In this document: positions 30,611 through 39,736 of the stretch, piece after piece
Position numbering within the stretch: the stretch's first letter is position 1
How the letters are laid out: each line of letters begins with the position of its first letter
NCBI GenBank assembly: GCA_027486675.1
Contig: JAIXOQ010000008.1
Coordinates: forward strand, 7,333 to 71,332
DNA: 64,000 nt
DNA from: Pseudomonadota bacterium
Lineage (GTDB): Bacteria; Bdellovibrionota; UBA1018; CAIMNF01
Reading direction: 5' to 3'
Program-made: the position numbers and the translations under genes
Notes under the pieces: model-generated
What the model was told of the DNA's origin: nothing
Database searches by the model: none
What the model saw: only the letters and a program-made list of their open reading frames with translations

Positions 30611-30640
30611 TTGACATTTGCTACGGCTTTTGTGTAGCCT
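30611..30640 (+). promoter_or_regulatory. Putative sigma70 promoter for the CPAF-like gene
   Basis: TTGACA-18 nt-TAGCCT with TG upstream of the -10. Confidence 0.5.
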
Positions 30641-30666
30641 CCTTGCAGTCAAGGGGGGGTTCATCG

Positions 30667-32409
30667 ATGAGCCGCATTGCTTTTTATGGAATAGTGTTCA
30701 CAGCGATCGTGGGTTTTCCACTGGGTGCTTGGGCTGATGATTCCCCTGGAGTTCAAGAGCTTCGCCAAGCTGCCGTTGAGACTCTGCAGGCGATGAAAGC
30801 CACTTATGCAACCCAGTACGCCCCTAAGGCCTGGAAGAAAGAGTACGCAGGTTGGGATCTTGATTCAGCTTATGAAAAGGCCGAAGTAGAAGCGGAATCG
30901 GCAAATACACTCCAAGAGGCGCGCGCCTCCGTGGTTCGATTCGCCTCCTCGATGAAGGACTACCATCATTCGGTCAGTTTCTTTTCGACGGAAGGGGCGA
31001 CCCTCCCATTCACCGTTAAGACCGTTCAGGGGCGAACATTCTTTGTGAATATTGATCGGGATAAACTCCCGAAGTCTGCGTTCCCATTTGCCCCGGGCGA
31101 TGAGGTTCTCAGCTTTAACGGAAGGTCTATAGCAGAAGAACTTGGCAGTTTGATTCAGCTCGTGGCCGGAAACGTACCTGGGACTGATCTTGCTTTAGCG
31201 GACCAGCAGCTGACTGAGCGGTACGGATTCCGAGGAGTACCTGTTCCACAGGGCAAGGTGGTGATTGGAGTGCGCCAGCTTGGGGACACTCAGGTGAAGA
31301 AATACTCATTGGTCTGGGATTATTCTCCGGATCAAGTTGGAGTCCCTTTTTCCGTTCCAAAATCTGAACCAGACTTAAAAAATCAATTGCAGGATATCAA
31401 GATGGTCGGAGGCCTCCGGCTCGATTCAAATATGAGGGCCCATGCGTTTAGTGTGGGCAACCGTTCTTCCTTTATTCCGGTCCTGGGTGAGGAGATTTGG
31501 ACCAATCCCGAAGAAATTGAAGAGACCATTGAGCTTGGCCCCTTCTCAATGAAAAAAAAGAGAAGGACAGAGTTTGATGCCTATATCTATAAAAATAAGG
31601 CAGGTCGCTCGATCGGAGTCATCAGGATTCCAAATTACTCCCCTAGAGATGCTCAATTGGCGGTGAAGGATTTTGGCGAGATTATAAATAAATTCGAGTC
31701 CGAAACAGATGGGCTCGTGATTGATCAGATCAACAATCCGGGTGGGGGAGCCTTCTATCTTTATGCCCTTGCATCCATGCTCAGCCCTGAACCTCTTAAG
31801 ACCTTACGGCACAAATTTGCGATTACTCCTGCAAAGATCGCTCGAGCAATCGGTGAGGTGAATCGGCTGAGTCAAATCGAAACGGATTCCGAGATCCAGG
31901 CGATACTGGGTCCGACACTTCAAGGTTTCCCGGTCACGTATTCTTTGGCGCAATCGCTGAAGAATTATTTTAGGTCTCTGATTGAGTCCTGGCGACAAGG
32001 GCGAGCGATCAGTGAGCCCCTTTTTCTTAAGGGGCTCGAAATGATTAATCCTAGTACTCAGGCAGTATATTCTAAGCCCTTGCTCGTTGTGGTGAATGAA
32101 CTTTGTTTTAGTGGTGGGGATTTTTTTCCAGCGATTTTACAGGACAATAAGCGAGCAACTATTTTAGGGCATCGCACAGCGGGCGCAGGGGGGTTAGTCG
32201 AGGAAAGCGAAATTGCAAGCATACTAGGTGTCGATTCTTTCAGCGTCACAACTTCGATCGGAGAGCGAAACGATGGGAATCCCATTGAGAACCTTGGAGT
32301 GTCTCCAGATATTGTGTACGACCTCACTGTTGATGATGTGCAGTCTGGCTTTCGAGGTTATGCCGCAGCCATTCAAAAGGGCATTGATTCGTTGCTTACG
32401 AAAAAGTGA
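30667..32409 (+). CDS. CPAF-like (chlamydial protease-like activity factor) S41 serine protease
   Basis: YAP..WKK, DYH, IDQ.NNPGG, FSGGDFFPAILQDN.RA...G.RTAGAGG, IENLGV.P, signal peptide. Start reassigned to ATG 30667. Confidence 0.9.
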   Translation: MSRIAFYGIVFTAIVGFPLGAWADDSPGVQELRQAAVETLQAMKATYATQYAPKAWKKEYAGWDLDSAYEKAEVEAESANTLQEARASVVRFASSMKDYHHSVSFFSTEGATLPFTVKTVQGRTFFVNIDRDKLPKSAFPFAPGDEVLSFNGRSIAEELGSLIQLVAGNVPGTDLALADQQLTERYGFRGVPVPQGKVVIGVRQLGDTQVKKYSLVWDYSPDQVGVPFSVPKSEPDLKNQLQDIKMVGGLRLDSNMRAHAFSVGNRSSFIPVLGEEIWTNPEEIEETIELGPFSMKKKRRTEFDAYIYKNKAGRSIGVIRIPNYSPRDAQLAVKDFGEIINKFESETDGLVIDQINNPGGGAFYLYALASMLSPEPLKTLRHKFAITPAKIARAIGEVNRLSQIETDSEIQAILGPTLQGFPVTYSLAQSLKNYFRSLIESWRQGRAISEPLFLKGLEMINPSTQAVYSKPLLVVVNELCFSGGDFFPAILQDNKRATILGHRTAGAGGLVEESEIASILGVDSFSVTTSIGERNDGNPIENLGVSPDIVYDLTVDDVQSGFRGYAAAIQKGIDSLLTKK

Positions 32410-32422
32410 TACTAGGGTTCGT

Positions 32423-32499
32423 GCGCCCATAGCTCAGCTGGTTAGAGCTTCCCGCTCATAACGGGGTGGTCCCAGGTTCAAGTCCTGGTGGGCGCACCA
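32423..32499 (+). tRNA. tRNA with CAU anticodon, most likely tRNA-Ile2 (lysidine)
   Basis: GCGCCCA/TGGGCGC acceptor stem, anticodon loop CTCATAA, GGTTCAAGTCC T-arm, encoded CCA. C4:G69 and C5:G68 are TilS determinants; the position downstream of rpoD mirrors ileX. Confidence 0.93.
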
Positions 32500-32500
32500 A

Positions 32501-32573
32501 AAATTTGCAGGAGCAAACTTTAGAGGCGCGCAGCGGGTCGCCAGCGGCGACATCCCGAGCGTGACGCGAGGGA
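32501..32573 (+). repeat. Triple-hairpin element directly after the tRNA
   Basis: TTTGC-AGGA-GCAAA, GTCGCC-AGC-GGCGAC, ATCCC..GCGT-G-ACGC..GGGAT. Confidence 0.5.
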
Positions 32574-32722
32574 TAGCGAGCACCTTCTTGTTTTCTCTCT
32601 CCTGATTCATACCCATCAACTCACGACAATCCTTATGGGTTCGTGATGTGGTTTCAGAAGGGGGAGAAATGCAGGGGGAAGGGTGGGCCCTGGGAAAACG
32701 GATAATGGATAATGGATAAGAG

Positions 32723-33835
32723 ATGATCGTTCACGCACCGGCACTCTATAGGAAGTCTGACTACATTGAGGTGTCGGCTCGGGTTGAACTTCAGACGAAG
32801 AGAAAGAAGAGTCTTCCAGAAACACTGTGGTTTCGGTTTCCGGCTGAATCAAATCCAAGCACAGACGCCGACCCATTTGTCGTGGCCCTACTGTTACTTG
32901 GGATGCAGCTTAAGGAAAATATCGAGGTTCGGGGTCCAGTTTCAAGAAAACTAGCCTTAGGGTTGGCTGAGTACCAGAAGCGGTTTCATGAATGGTACTC
33001 AGATCGCTTTCATATCATCGTTATTCTTGCAGACTCCTTCAGAGTAGATCAGGACATATCGCCTGCGCCTGGTGTGGGTGTCGCTTTTTCTGGAGGGGTC
33101 GATTCTTTCTATTCCTTCTTAGAGCTTCGGCCACAAATCACTCATACGCTCTTTATGGCAGGTTTTGATATGCCACTCAATCTTGTGGATTCAGCTCGCG
33201 CTCTCAGCACAAGCTTTCAGGAAATGATGGAACAAGAGGCGGTTCAGTTCATTCACGGAAGTACCAATGTTCGTGCATTTGTAAATACTGTGGACTGGAC
33301 TAACGCTCATGGGACCGCACTTGCGGCCAGTGCACTCTTTTTTAAAAAGTCGTTCGGGCAGTTTGTTATTCCTTCTAGCTATACGGAGTCGACCTATCCA
33401 AAGTGGGGAACCCATCCGGATTTGGATCCTCTCCTGTCCACCGGCGAGCTGAGTTTTTATCATCATGGCGCGCAGGCAGATCGAGTAACAAAGCTGCAGA
33501 CAATAACGAAATATCCAGGAAGTTTTACACGCTTGAGAGTCTGTTGGATTCAAGATCTTGGGCTAAAGAACTGTGGAAATTGTGAGAAGTGTGTTCGAAC
33601 GATGATTGCGCTTTCGCTGGTGGGGGCACTTTCTTCCTGCGTCACCTTTCTGCCGGGCGCCCTGACCAGGAAAAAGATTCGTGCTCTGCCTATGAGGACC
33701 CACCAAGCCAGGCTTTTTGCACTGGAATTGATGGGGCATGCGATGAAACGGCATAGATACGGGGTATTTTTTGACCTCATGTGTGCCTTGATTCAGCGTG
33801 AATGGTTCTTTAGGGTGGGCCACCTTTTCGGATAA
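32723..33835 (+). CDS. PP-loop (SGGxDS) protein with QueC-like Cys4 zinc motif, function unknown
   Basis: AFSGGVDS, WGTHP.LDPLLS, LRVCW-x8-CGNCEKC.RT. Confidence 0.75.
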   Translation: MIVHAPALYRKSDYIEVSARVELQTKRKKSLPETLWFRFPAESNPSTDADPFVVALLLLGMQLKENIEVRGPVSRKLALGLAEYQKRFHEWYSDRFHIIVILADSFRVDQDISPAPGVGVAFSGGVDSFYSFLELRPQITHTLFMAGFDMPLNLVDSARALSTSFQEMMEQEAVQFIHGSTNVRAFVNTVDWTNAHGTALAASALFFKKSFGQFVIPSSYTESTYPKWGTHPDLDPLLSTGELSFYHHGAQADRVTKLQTITKYPGSFTRLRVCWIQDLGLKNCGNCEKCVRTMIALSLVGALSSCVTFLPGALTRKKIRALPMRTHQARLFALELMGHAMKRHRYGVFFDLMCALIQREWFFRVGHLFG

Positions 33836-33848
33836 GCTCTGGGAAGGC

Positions 33849-34472
33849 ATGTCGAACCGGAAGTGCATCTTTCTGCTCATTATCCTCTTGATCTTCTTTT
33901 TGAAGAAGGACGCTTCGGCTGCGCCATTTCAATACATACTTGCTGTGAGTGGGGTGGCCCAGAGGCTCAATTATTCTGCGGTACCTGCTGGGCAAACGAT
34001 CGGAACTGAAGGCCGTATGGGTTATGGAGTGGGGTTGTTGCGGGGCGTTCCGCTCGGTCAAACACTCAGAGCCGAATTCGGTTTGTTTTACCAAGAACGA
34101 ACATCTAGGGTCTTGACTACATTTCCTTCGGGCACGAGCACTGATATTCGGTGGAAATTTACGTCCATAGATATTCCCGTTCAGATCCGCACTTATTTTT
34201 ATGGGGAGTTATTCAGTATTGGTGGTGGGTTAATGCTTTCCCAAGGAATTGGAAGTGTGGGCTCCAGTAGCGGTAGCGTCACTTATGATTCTATTGGTCT
34301 AAAGAAGACCAATTTCCAAGCAGTGGGTGGTTTTTCCTTCCAACCCAAGTTCGGAAACGTGCTGGTTATGCTGGGTCTGCTCGGTACTTATGGACTCAGT
34401 GATCTGAATTCTCTGGGCACAGGATCAATCAAGACGACTGGATTTCAATTCCTACTTGGATTTGGAATCTAG
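33849..34472 (+). CDS. Outer-membrane beta-barrel (porin-like) protein
   Basis: Signal peptide (ASA-A), IDIPV strand motif, C-terminal FQFLLGFGI. Start reassigned to ATG 33849. Confidence 0.75.
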   Translation: MSNRKCIFLLIILLIFFLKKDASAAPFQYILAVSGVAQRLNYSAVPAGQTIGTEGRMGYGVGLLRGVPLGQTLRAEFGLFYQERTSRVLTTFPSGTSTDIRWKFTSIDIPVQIRTYFYGELFSIGGGLMLSQGIGSVGSSSGSVTYDSIGLKKTNFQAVGGFSFQPKFGNVLVMLGLLGTYGLSDLNSLGTGSIKTTGFQFLLGFGI

Positions 34473-37166
34473 CACGTGTTTCTGAAAGAAATGCTCTTGA
34501 AAAACCCTAAATTTCCTATAGCGTTCGGGGCTTCCTAATAGTCTCTTCAAATCTGCGACAGCACTCGCTTCTGCCTCCCTCATCCGATCAATCCCTTCTT
34601 TTTCAAACTGCGGGTTGATGTAGGAACGAAGCTTGATGAGTTCTTTGAGAAGATTAGTCTCGACAGGTGCAAAGTTTACGATAACTTTTTCACTCATTTC
34701 AAATTCTCTTTGAAACCAGCGATTCATCTCAAGCACCCACTTATTTTGATACTCCTGATCCTCAGCCATCTCTGCAAAGCCCTTTAAGAATAGGACGTTT
34801 TCTGTATAGCTGTCCCGAAAGCTTGTGTCTTGATAAGGCTGATATTTACTCTTCGCAATACGATCGCTTTGCATCTGTTTGATATAGGCATCTGACTGCT
34901 CAGATCGCTCTTTCATTTGCTCGACAGCACCGGCTGTGACACGATTCACGTTTTCCCGGAAGACAGTAAATAGAAGTGTGACTAAAAGCACAAGACTTGC
35001 GCCGATGCCAACACGAATCCAATACTTCTGAGCGCGTAGCCTAGAACTTGGGTCGACTAAGCCAAGCCTCTTCAGTTCCTCTGCCGATTCAGGCGAAGAG
35101 CTTGGAGTCAGTATACCTTCGACAATTGTTTCTAAGTCGCTCCAAGCCTCAAGTATTCTTGCGGTTTCGGTGGCACTCATTCCACCTTTCTTCAGCAAGG
35201 ATGCAGCTGACTTCAGTAGGGACCGTGAGATGACTCGTACCTCTGATTTTCGCTTCGACTGCAACTCACGAAGCTCCGACTCGCCCTGTGAGCGTGCCTC
35301 GGTTAGAGCTTGTGCTTTGGCTTGAGTGATTTCCAACTCTGCTTTTTTACGCAGTTCTTGTTTTTCTCTCTCAAGTTGCGACCGCATTGAAGCTAATTCC
35401 GATGCATGCTTTTCTAGGCTTTGCTTGATTTCCGCTTCATTGGAAGCAAGCTTTTGTCGAACTGACTCTGCCGCTTCGGTCACGATGCGTTTTGCCTCAC
35501 TTGTAGCATGCGATTCAATCGCTGAGGCTTTAGACTGGGCAGCTTCTAATATGGAATCTGCAGATGACTCCGAGGCCTTTAGAATCTGTTCCGCTTTGAT
35601 GCTTGCTTGTTTTTCTAGGTTTAAAACCCTCAAGTCCGCTTGTCCTAATTTTTCCTCCGCCTCAGATTGAATCCTAAGACGGGCTTCTTCTTCCTCCATC
35701 TTCAGCTGCTGCTGGGCGCGGGCACGCTCTTCAAGGATGGTCTGACGTGTGGAATCGAGTTCAGCTTCAATTCGATCTTTTAAGGTATGGGCATTGAGAG
35801 TTGCAGCCTCTAAAGAGGATTTCTCTTGAGTGAGGTCGTCTAGCCGTTTGGACAACCGTTCGATGTCAGACCGTAGGGCAAGAGATTCCTTTTCATGGGC
35901 GTCCTTTGTGAGACGAGCGGTCTCTTCAGCAGACACCGCTTCGTCGCAACGTTTTCTAGCACTGAGTGCAGCCTCTTCATTTCGTACGCGATCGTTTTCG
36001 GCACGGCTTAAGCGGGTGATTGCCTCTTCGATCTCCCGATTGATCTGAGCTAATCTCATCCCCCGTTCAGCAGCCTCGGTTTCCTCGACTGCGCGTAGCT
36101 TTCTTTCCCGCAGTTCATGTTCGCGTCTATGCTCTTCTTCGGTTTGTTTTGCTTTCTCGAGCGCCTTGTAGATAGAACGTGTCTCTTGGGCGGCAGCTTT
36201 CTCATCTTCTTGATGCTTAAGGAGTGTAGTGCTGAGACGTGAACGCTCTTCCTCGAAGTTTTCAGTCAATGTTTTGAGCGATTCTTGAAGGGCTAAAGTC
36301 TCGCGTTCCGCCTTTTTACGGGCTTCGATCAAGGTCTGATCTAGATTCTTGAAAAATTCCGAGGCTTCGAGCTCCCTGGATTCCTTCTTCTGAACGAAAG
36401 CTTGCTCTAACTCGCTCAATTGCAATTCAAACTTAAGTTTAGCCTCTTCTAAAATGGACTCGGCCTTCTGTGCCCGAGAGTCGATCTTCTCTTGGAGTGC
36501 CACTTTTCGTTCCTGATAGTCGCGCTCTAAACCTTCTAGTTCTTCGGCCTTTGCAACAGTCTCGGTGATCGCTTTATCCCTCTCGGCTCGCGCTTGATTT
36601 AGATCCATCAGGGCTGCCTGCCAAAGGGTTTGCACCTCGGCAATCGCCGCCTTTCTTGCTTGAAGGTCCGCTTCTAAAAGCTCGATCTGATCGTTGAGTT
36701 TCTGTTCCCTGATAAAGTGAGCTTTTGGGATCCCAGCCAGCACTGCTGAACCATGCGTGCTGGGTTGCGCAGCCATGGAGGGTTCAGCCCGCTCTTTGGG
36801 CGGACTCAGTTGAGAAGGTACTAGGCTTAAGCTCGGTTCTCTTGGCACTGCTTTGGCGGAAATGCGGACAGTAGCGCCTTGGGATCCAAGGACGATCGGA
36901 ATAGATGGGTCATGCGGTATCAGCGCTTTTGGCTCAAGGCGCTGGCCTTTGATAAATGTTCCGTTCGAGGAGCCATTGTCCATCAGCCAGATTCCATCCT
37001 CCTTAAGAAGGATGATCAAGTGTTCGCGACTTATAGTTTCGTCCGGGATCGTAAAATCTGCCTCAGTAGAGCGGCCAATTCGTATACGATCCAGAGAGGA
37101 AAAGTCGTTTGAGCGACCTCCTTCAAGTTCGATTCGAACTATTGGCTTGCGTACTCCGCCCTGCAT
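34452..37166 (-). CDS. FHA-domain, long coiled-coil, single-TM protein
   Basis: FHA motifs IGR..SR.H..S.NGT, about 500 aa of E/K/R/A-rich coiled coil, TM YWIRVGIGASLVLLVTLLFTVF, helical C-terminal domain. Confidence 0.88.
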   Translation of the reverse strand: MQGGVRKPIVRIELEGGRSNDFSSLDRIRIGRSTEADFTIPDETISREHLIILLKEDGIWLMDNGSSNGTFIKGQRLEPKALIPHDPSIPIVLGSQGATVRISAKAVPREPSLSLVPSQLSPPKERAEPSMAAQPSTHGSAVLAGIPKAHFIREQKLNDQIELLEADLQARKAAIAEVQTLWQAALMDLNQARAERDKAITETVAKAEELEGLERDYQERKVALQEKIDSRAQKAESILEEAKLKFELQLSELEQAFVQKKESRELEASEFFKNLDQTLIEARKKAERETLALQESLKTLTENFEEERSRLSTTLLKHQEDEKAAAQETRSIYKALEKAKQTEEEHRREHELRERKLRAVEETEAAERGMRLAQINREIEEAITRLSRAENDRVRNEEAALSARKRCDEAVSAEETARLTKDAHEKESLALRSDIERLSKRLDDLTQEKSSLEAATLNAHTLKDRIEAELDSTRQTILEERARAQQQLKMEEEEARLRIQSEAEEKLGQADLRVLNLEKQASIKAEQILKASESSADSILEAAQSKASAIESHATSEAKRIVTEAAESVRQKLASNEAEIKQSLEKHASELASMRSQLEREKQELRKKAELEITQAKAQALTEARSQGESELRELQSKRKSEVRVISRSLLKSAASLLKKGGMSATETARILEAWSDLETIVEGILTPSSSPESAEELKRLGLVDPSSRLRAQKYWIRVGIGASLVLLVTLLFTVFRENVNRVTAGAVEQMKERSEQSDAYIKQMQSDRIAKSKYQPYQDTSFRDSYTENVLFLKGFAEMAEDQEYQNKWVLEMNRWFQREFEMSEKVIVNFAPVETNLLKELIKLRSYINPQFEKEGIDRMREAEASAVADLKRLLGSPERYRKFRVFQEHFFQKHVLDSKSK

Positions 37167-37184
37167 TGCTCCTACTTCATCGGC

Positions 37185-38189
37185 CTAAGCCGCATCTTCT
37201 TTTTTGGGTTTAGTTTCAACGGTACCTTTCGGGCGGCTTCCGTCGTCCTCAAGTTTTTCTTGCTTGGCGAGTTCCTGTTGCACCGCGTACTCAGCAAGGG
37301 CTGCTATTGGATCACGATTTTCATCAAACTTCGGCAAGTTCTCAGGCAGTTGATTGTTATCGCAGGCCTGCCAGAGGAGTTCTAACGCAAGTTCGAATCG
37401 ATTTACAACCGAAGCAAATACCCGTTCAGGGGACATAAATGCATTGAGCGTGGTCAGCATGACTGAGAGGAAGATCCCAGTGACAGATGCGCCCATTGAG
37501 AACGAAATCCGGAGCAAGAATGTATCCATGACTAGCTTCGTGCCCTCAGCATCACTTAAGTTCATTCCGCCCAGTTCAGGAAGGGCTTTCATGATTCCTA
37601 AAAATGTTCCAAAAATACCACCGATGATCAGCAGCCCAGGAAGAATATTGATCATCTCATTGACTGGTGCTGCAGGGACCACGGCGAATATTCGATTAAA
37701 GCAGGGGTTATTCTGAAAGACTGCTTTTGAGATCGCTAGAAACTTAGGCCGCTCTTCGCCGTAACGAAGAAAACGAATCTGCTTCAAAGAGTGTTTCACC
37801 AGGAATGCAGCGCCGGCCTGTATCATAAAAAAGCGGTCACTCGGTGCCATCACGTAGTCGAGCTTTCTACGACGCATGATGCCTCTCACTTCAAAGAGTT
37901 CGTAGTAGGTTCGCTCTAAGAGTTCTTTCATGAGGACATAGAAACTAAGACCTGACTTAGGTCGTTCGCTTTCAATGAAAGTATTGATCCGTTTATCGAG
38001 TTCTTTTGCAAACCACTCACTCCGTTTTACGGTATAGAAGATCAGAACTCTAAGGGCCGCACCTAAAATGAATAGGAAGACCAGAGAGGGGAGGAGGAGC
38101 TCTTTTGCAAAGAGGGCTGCGCCAGTGATAAATCCTTCGATCAATGGCTTGTTGGCTACTACCTGTTCTACAACTGCTTGTTCGTTCAT
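37185..38189 (-). CDS. MotA/TolQ/ExbB (ZorA-like) ion-channel subunit
   Basis: Three TMs, including LPGLLIIGGIFGTFLGI and FSMGASVTGIFLS. Confidence 0.8.
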   Translation of the reverse strand: MNEQAVVEQVVANKPLIEGFITGAALFAKELLLPSLVFLFILGAALRVLIFYTVKRSEWFAKELDKRINTFIESERPKSGLSFYVLMKELLERTYYELFEVRGIMRRRKLDYVMAPSDRFFMIQAGAAFLVKHSLKQIRFLRYGEERPKFLAISKAVFQNNPCFNRIFAVVPAAPVNEMINILPGLLIIGGIFGTFLGIMKALPELGGMNLSDAEGTKLVMDTFLLRISFSMGASVTGIFLSVMLTTLNAFMSPERVFASVVNRFELALELLWQACDNNQLPENLPKFDENRDPIAALAEYAVQQELAKQEKLEDDGSRPKGTVETKPKKEDAA

Positions 38190-38193
38190 TTCG

Positions 38194-39705
38194 TTAGTCC
38201 TTCAAGTTAAACTTAATAATTACGCGTTGTGCTTTACGGCAATTGTACTTCTGACAAAACTCATTCTCTGGAATACCACTCTGAATCTCTGAGGCGGCTT
38301 TACCGTCTGGAAGATACCCTCGCCCAACTACCTTTACCATGGGGAGAAGTTCTTTCTGGTGTTCGTACTGCAGTCGGTTTGGATCGAAGATATGTTTAAA
38401 AATTGAGTTAGCTCGGCTAAAGCTGAGCTTTAGGTTATAGTCGATCGCTTCACGATCCTCAGGATTTAAGCTCGTAGGATTCACAAACTTCCCTTTGTAG
38501 GTAGAGGAAGCAAAACCAACGATTTCTACGTTGGCTAACTTTGCAGCTGTCTTTGGGTCGCTAAAAAGTGCCTTGGTGTATTCTGGAATCATCTTTTCAA
38601 GACGGCTTCTCATAGATGGTTTTAGGTTGGATGATCCAGTCTCAAAGTAGTCGTCACCAAAGGAAAGAGTGACTTCTCCGGTCTTTTCATCGACGGCTGC
38701 CTGAATACCTGCTCGTTTAAAGTTGTTCATGATTTGTTGGGATAGTTTTTGCTTAGCTTCGAGTGTTTCCCGAGCCTTCTTGAGGTCACCCGAAAGACCC
38801 TGAATGCTGGATACGTATTTGCTTTCGCGTTCTTTTGCTGCAGCAAGTTGTTGCTCCTTCCCAGCGATTTCGGCTTCCTTCTGACGCTTGAGGGCCTCTG
38901 CTTGTCTCTGTGTCGCGGTCAAGTTCGACGCAGTCTTTTCAAGCTCCTGGTTCGTAGACTGTAAATTCTCCTGCACGCTAGAGAGTTCCTTCGCAACTTG
39001 TCTGTTTCGGCGTTCGAGTTCCTGAAGTTCCTGCGCACTCTTTTCTTTTAATTGAGCAATACGTTTTTCTAAAAGTTTCTTCGATGATCTGGCTCGCTTT
39101 TGTTCGTTCGTAGCCTTAGTGATCTGCGCTCGGAGCTCATTATCAATCTGATTCATTCGTGCTTTGTTTTCATCCAGTTCATCTGCGAGGTTAGCGATCT
39201 GTGTGTCGCGATCCTTGAGTTGTCCCTGCTTCTTCACAATTAAAGTGTCGCGTTGCTTGAGTTGACGTTTAGCGAGCACGTTTGCATTAATGATGTTTCG
39301 TATCATCTGTTGATATTGGTTTAACGCTGCTGCTTTTTGATCATTGTCTTTAGCCTGCTTCATCAGGTCATCACGCTCTTGTTTGGCGTCACTTTGAAGA
39401 AGGTTGAGTTTTTCCATTAGATTTTCGTACTGTTCCTGCTCTTTTTCTGAAGCATTTGCCATCTGTTCTTCGCGTAAAGTGTTGTAGACCCGGATCTGCT
39501 GTTCAAGATCTTGGGAATGTTGGGTCATCTTTTGGAATTCGATCTGTTTTTGGATGCCTTGAGTTCCACTTCTTACGCTGGCCACGACATAAAGAAGAAG
39601 GAATATCACCGAAAGCACGGTAAAAAGATCGCTATAAGCGGTCCAGAAGGTGCCACCTTCATCGTTACGGTGCTGGATTTTGTCGTAATCAAAGCCCACG
39701 GTCAT
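38194..39705 (-). CDS. MotB/ZorB-like protein with long coiled coil and OmpA-like peptidoglycan-binding domain
   Basis: FW.AYSDLF..L..IFLLL (conserved Asp), about 270 aa of coiled coil, then F..GS..L, I.GFA, N..LS..RA.S and R..I.F. Confidence 0.85.
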   Translation of the reverse strand: MTVGFDYDKIQHRNDEGGTFWTAYSDLFTVLSVIFLLLYVVASVRSGTQGIQKQIEFQKMTQHSQDLEQQIRVYNTLREEQMANASEKEQEQYENLMEKLNLLQSDAKQERDDLMKQAKDNDQKAAALNQYQQMIRNIINANVLAKRQLKQRDTLIVKKQGQLKDRDTQIANLADELDENKARMNQIDNELRAQITKATNEQKRARSSKKLLEKRIAQLKEKSAQELQELERRNRQVAKELSSVQENLQSTNQELEKTASNLTATQRQAEALKRQKEAEIAGKEQQLAAAKERESKYVSSIQGLSGDLKKARETLEAKQKLSQQIMNNFKRAGIQAAVDEKTGEVTLSFGDDYFETGSSNLKPSMRSRLEKMIPEYTKALFSDPKTAAKLANVEIVGFASSTYKGKFVNPTSLNPEDREAIDYNLKLSFSRANSIFKHIFDPNRLQYEHQKELLPMVKVVGRGYLPDGKAASEIQSGIPENEFCQKYNCRKAQRVIIKFNLKD

Positions 39706-39736
39706 TCCTCCATGAGGATAGAGATCCTCATAAGGC

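Noticed and set aside
10123-30666. Extended ORF-track starts for ppk2, blc, yqeY, rpoD and CPAF
   Set aside because: Downstream ATGs fit the family N-termini, signal peptides or RBS better.
32423-32499. tRNA-Met (initiator or elongator)
   Set aside because: No C1:A72 mismatch and no triple G-C anticodon stem. C4:G69/C5:G68 and the location favour Ile2, although elongator Met is not formally excluded.
32500-34472. Integrated prophage or genomic island at the tRNA
   Set aside because: No integrase, phage genes or duplicated tRNA 3' end seen in the window.
34452-39705. Calling the operon canonical Zorya or flagellar motAB
   Set aside because: No zorC/D/E or flagellar genes, the A subunit has no long tail, gene order is reversed, and the B subunit has an atypical long coiled coil.
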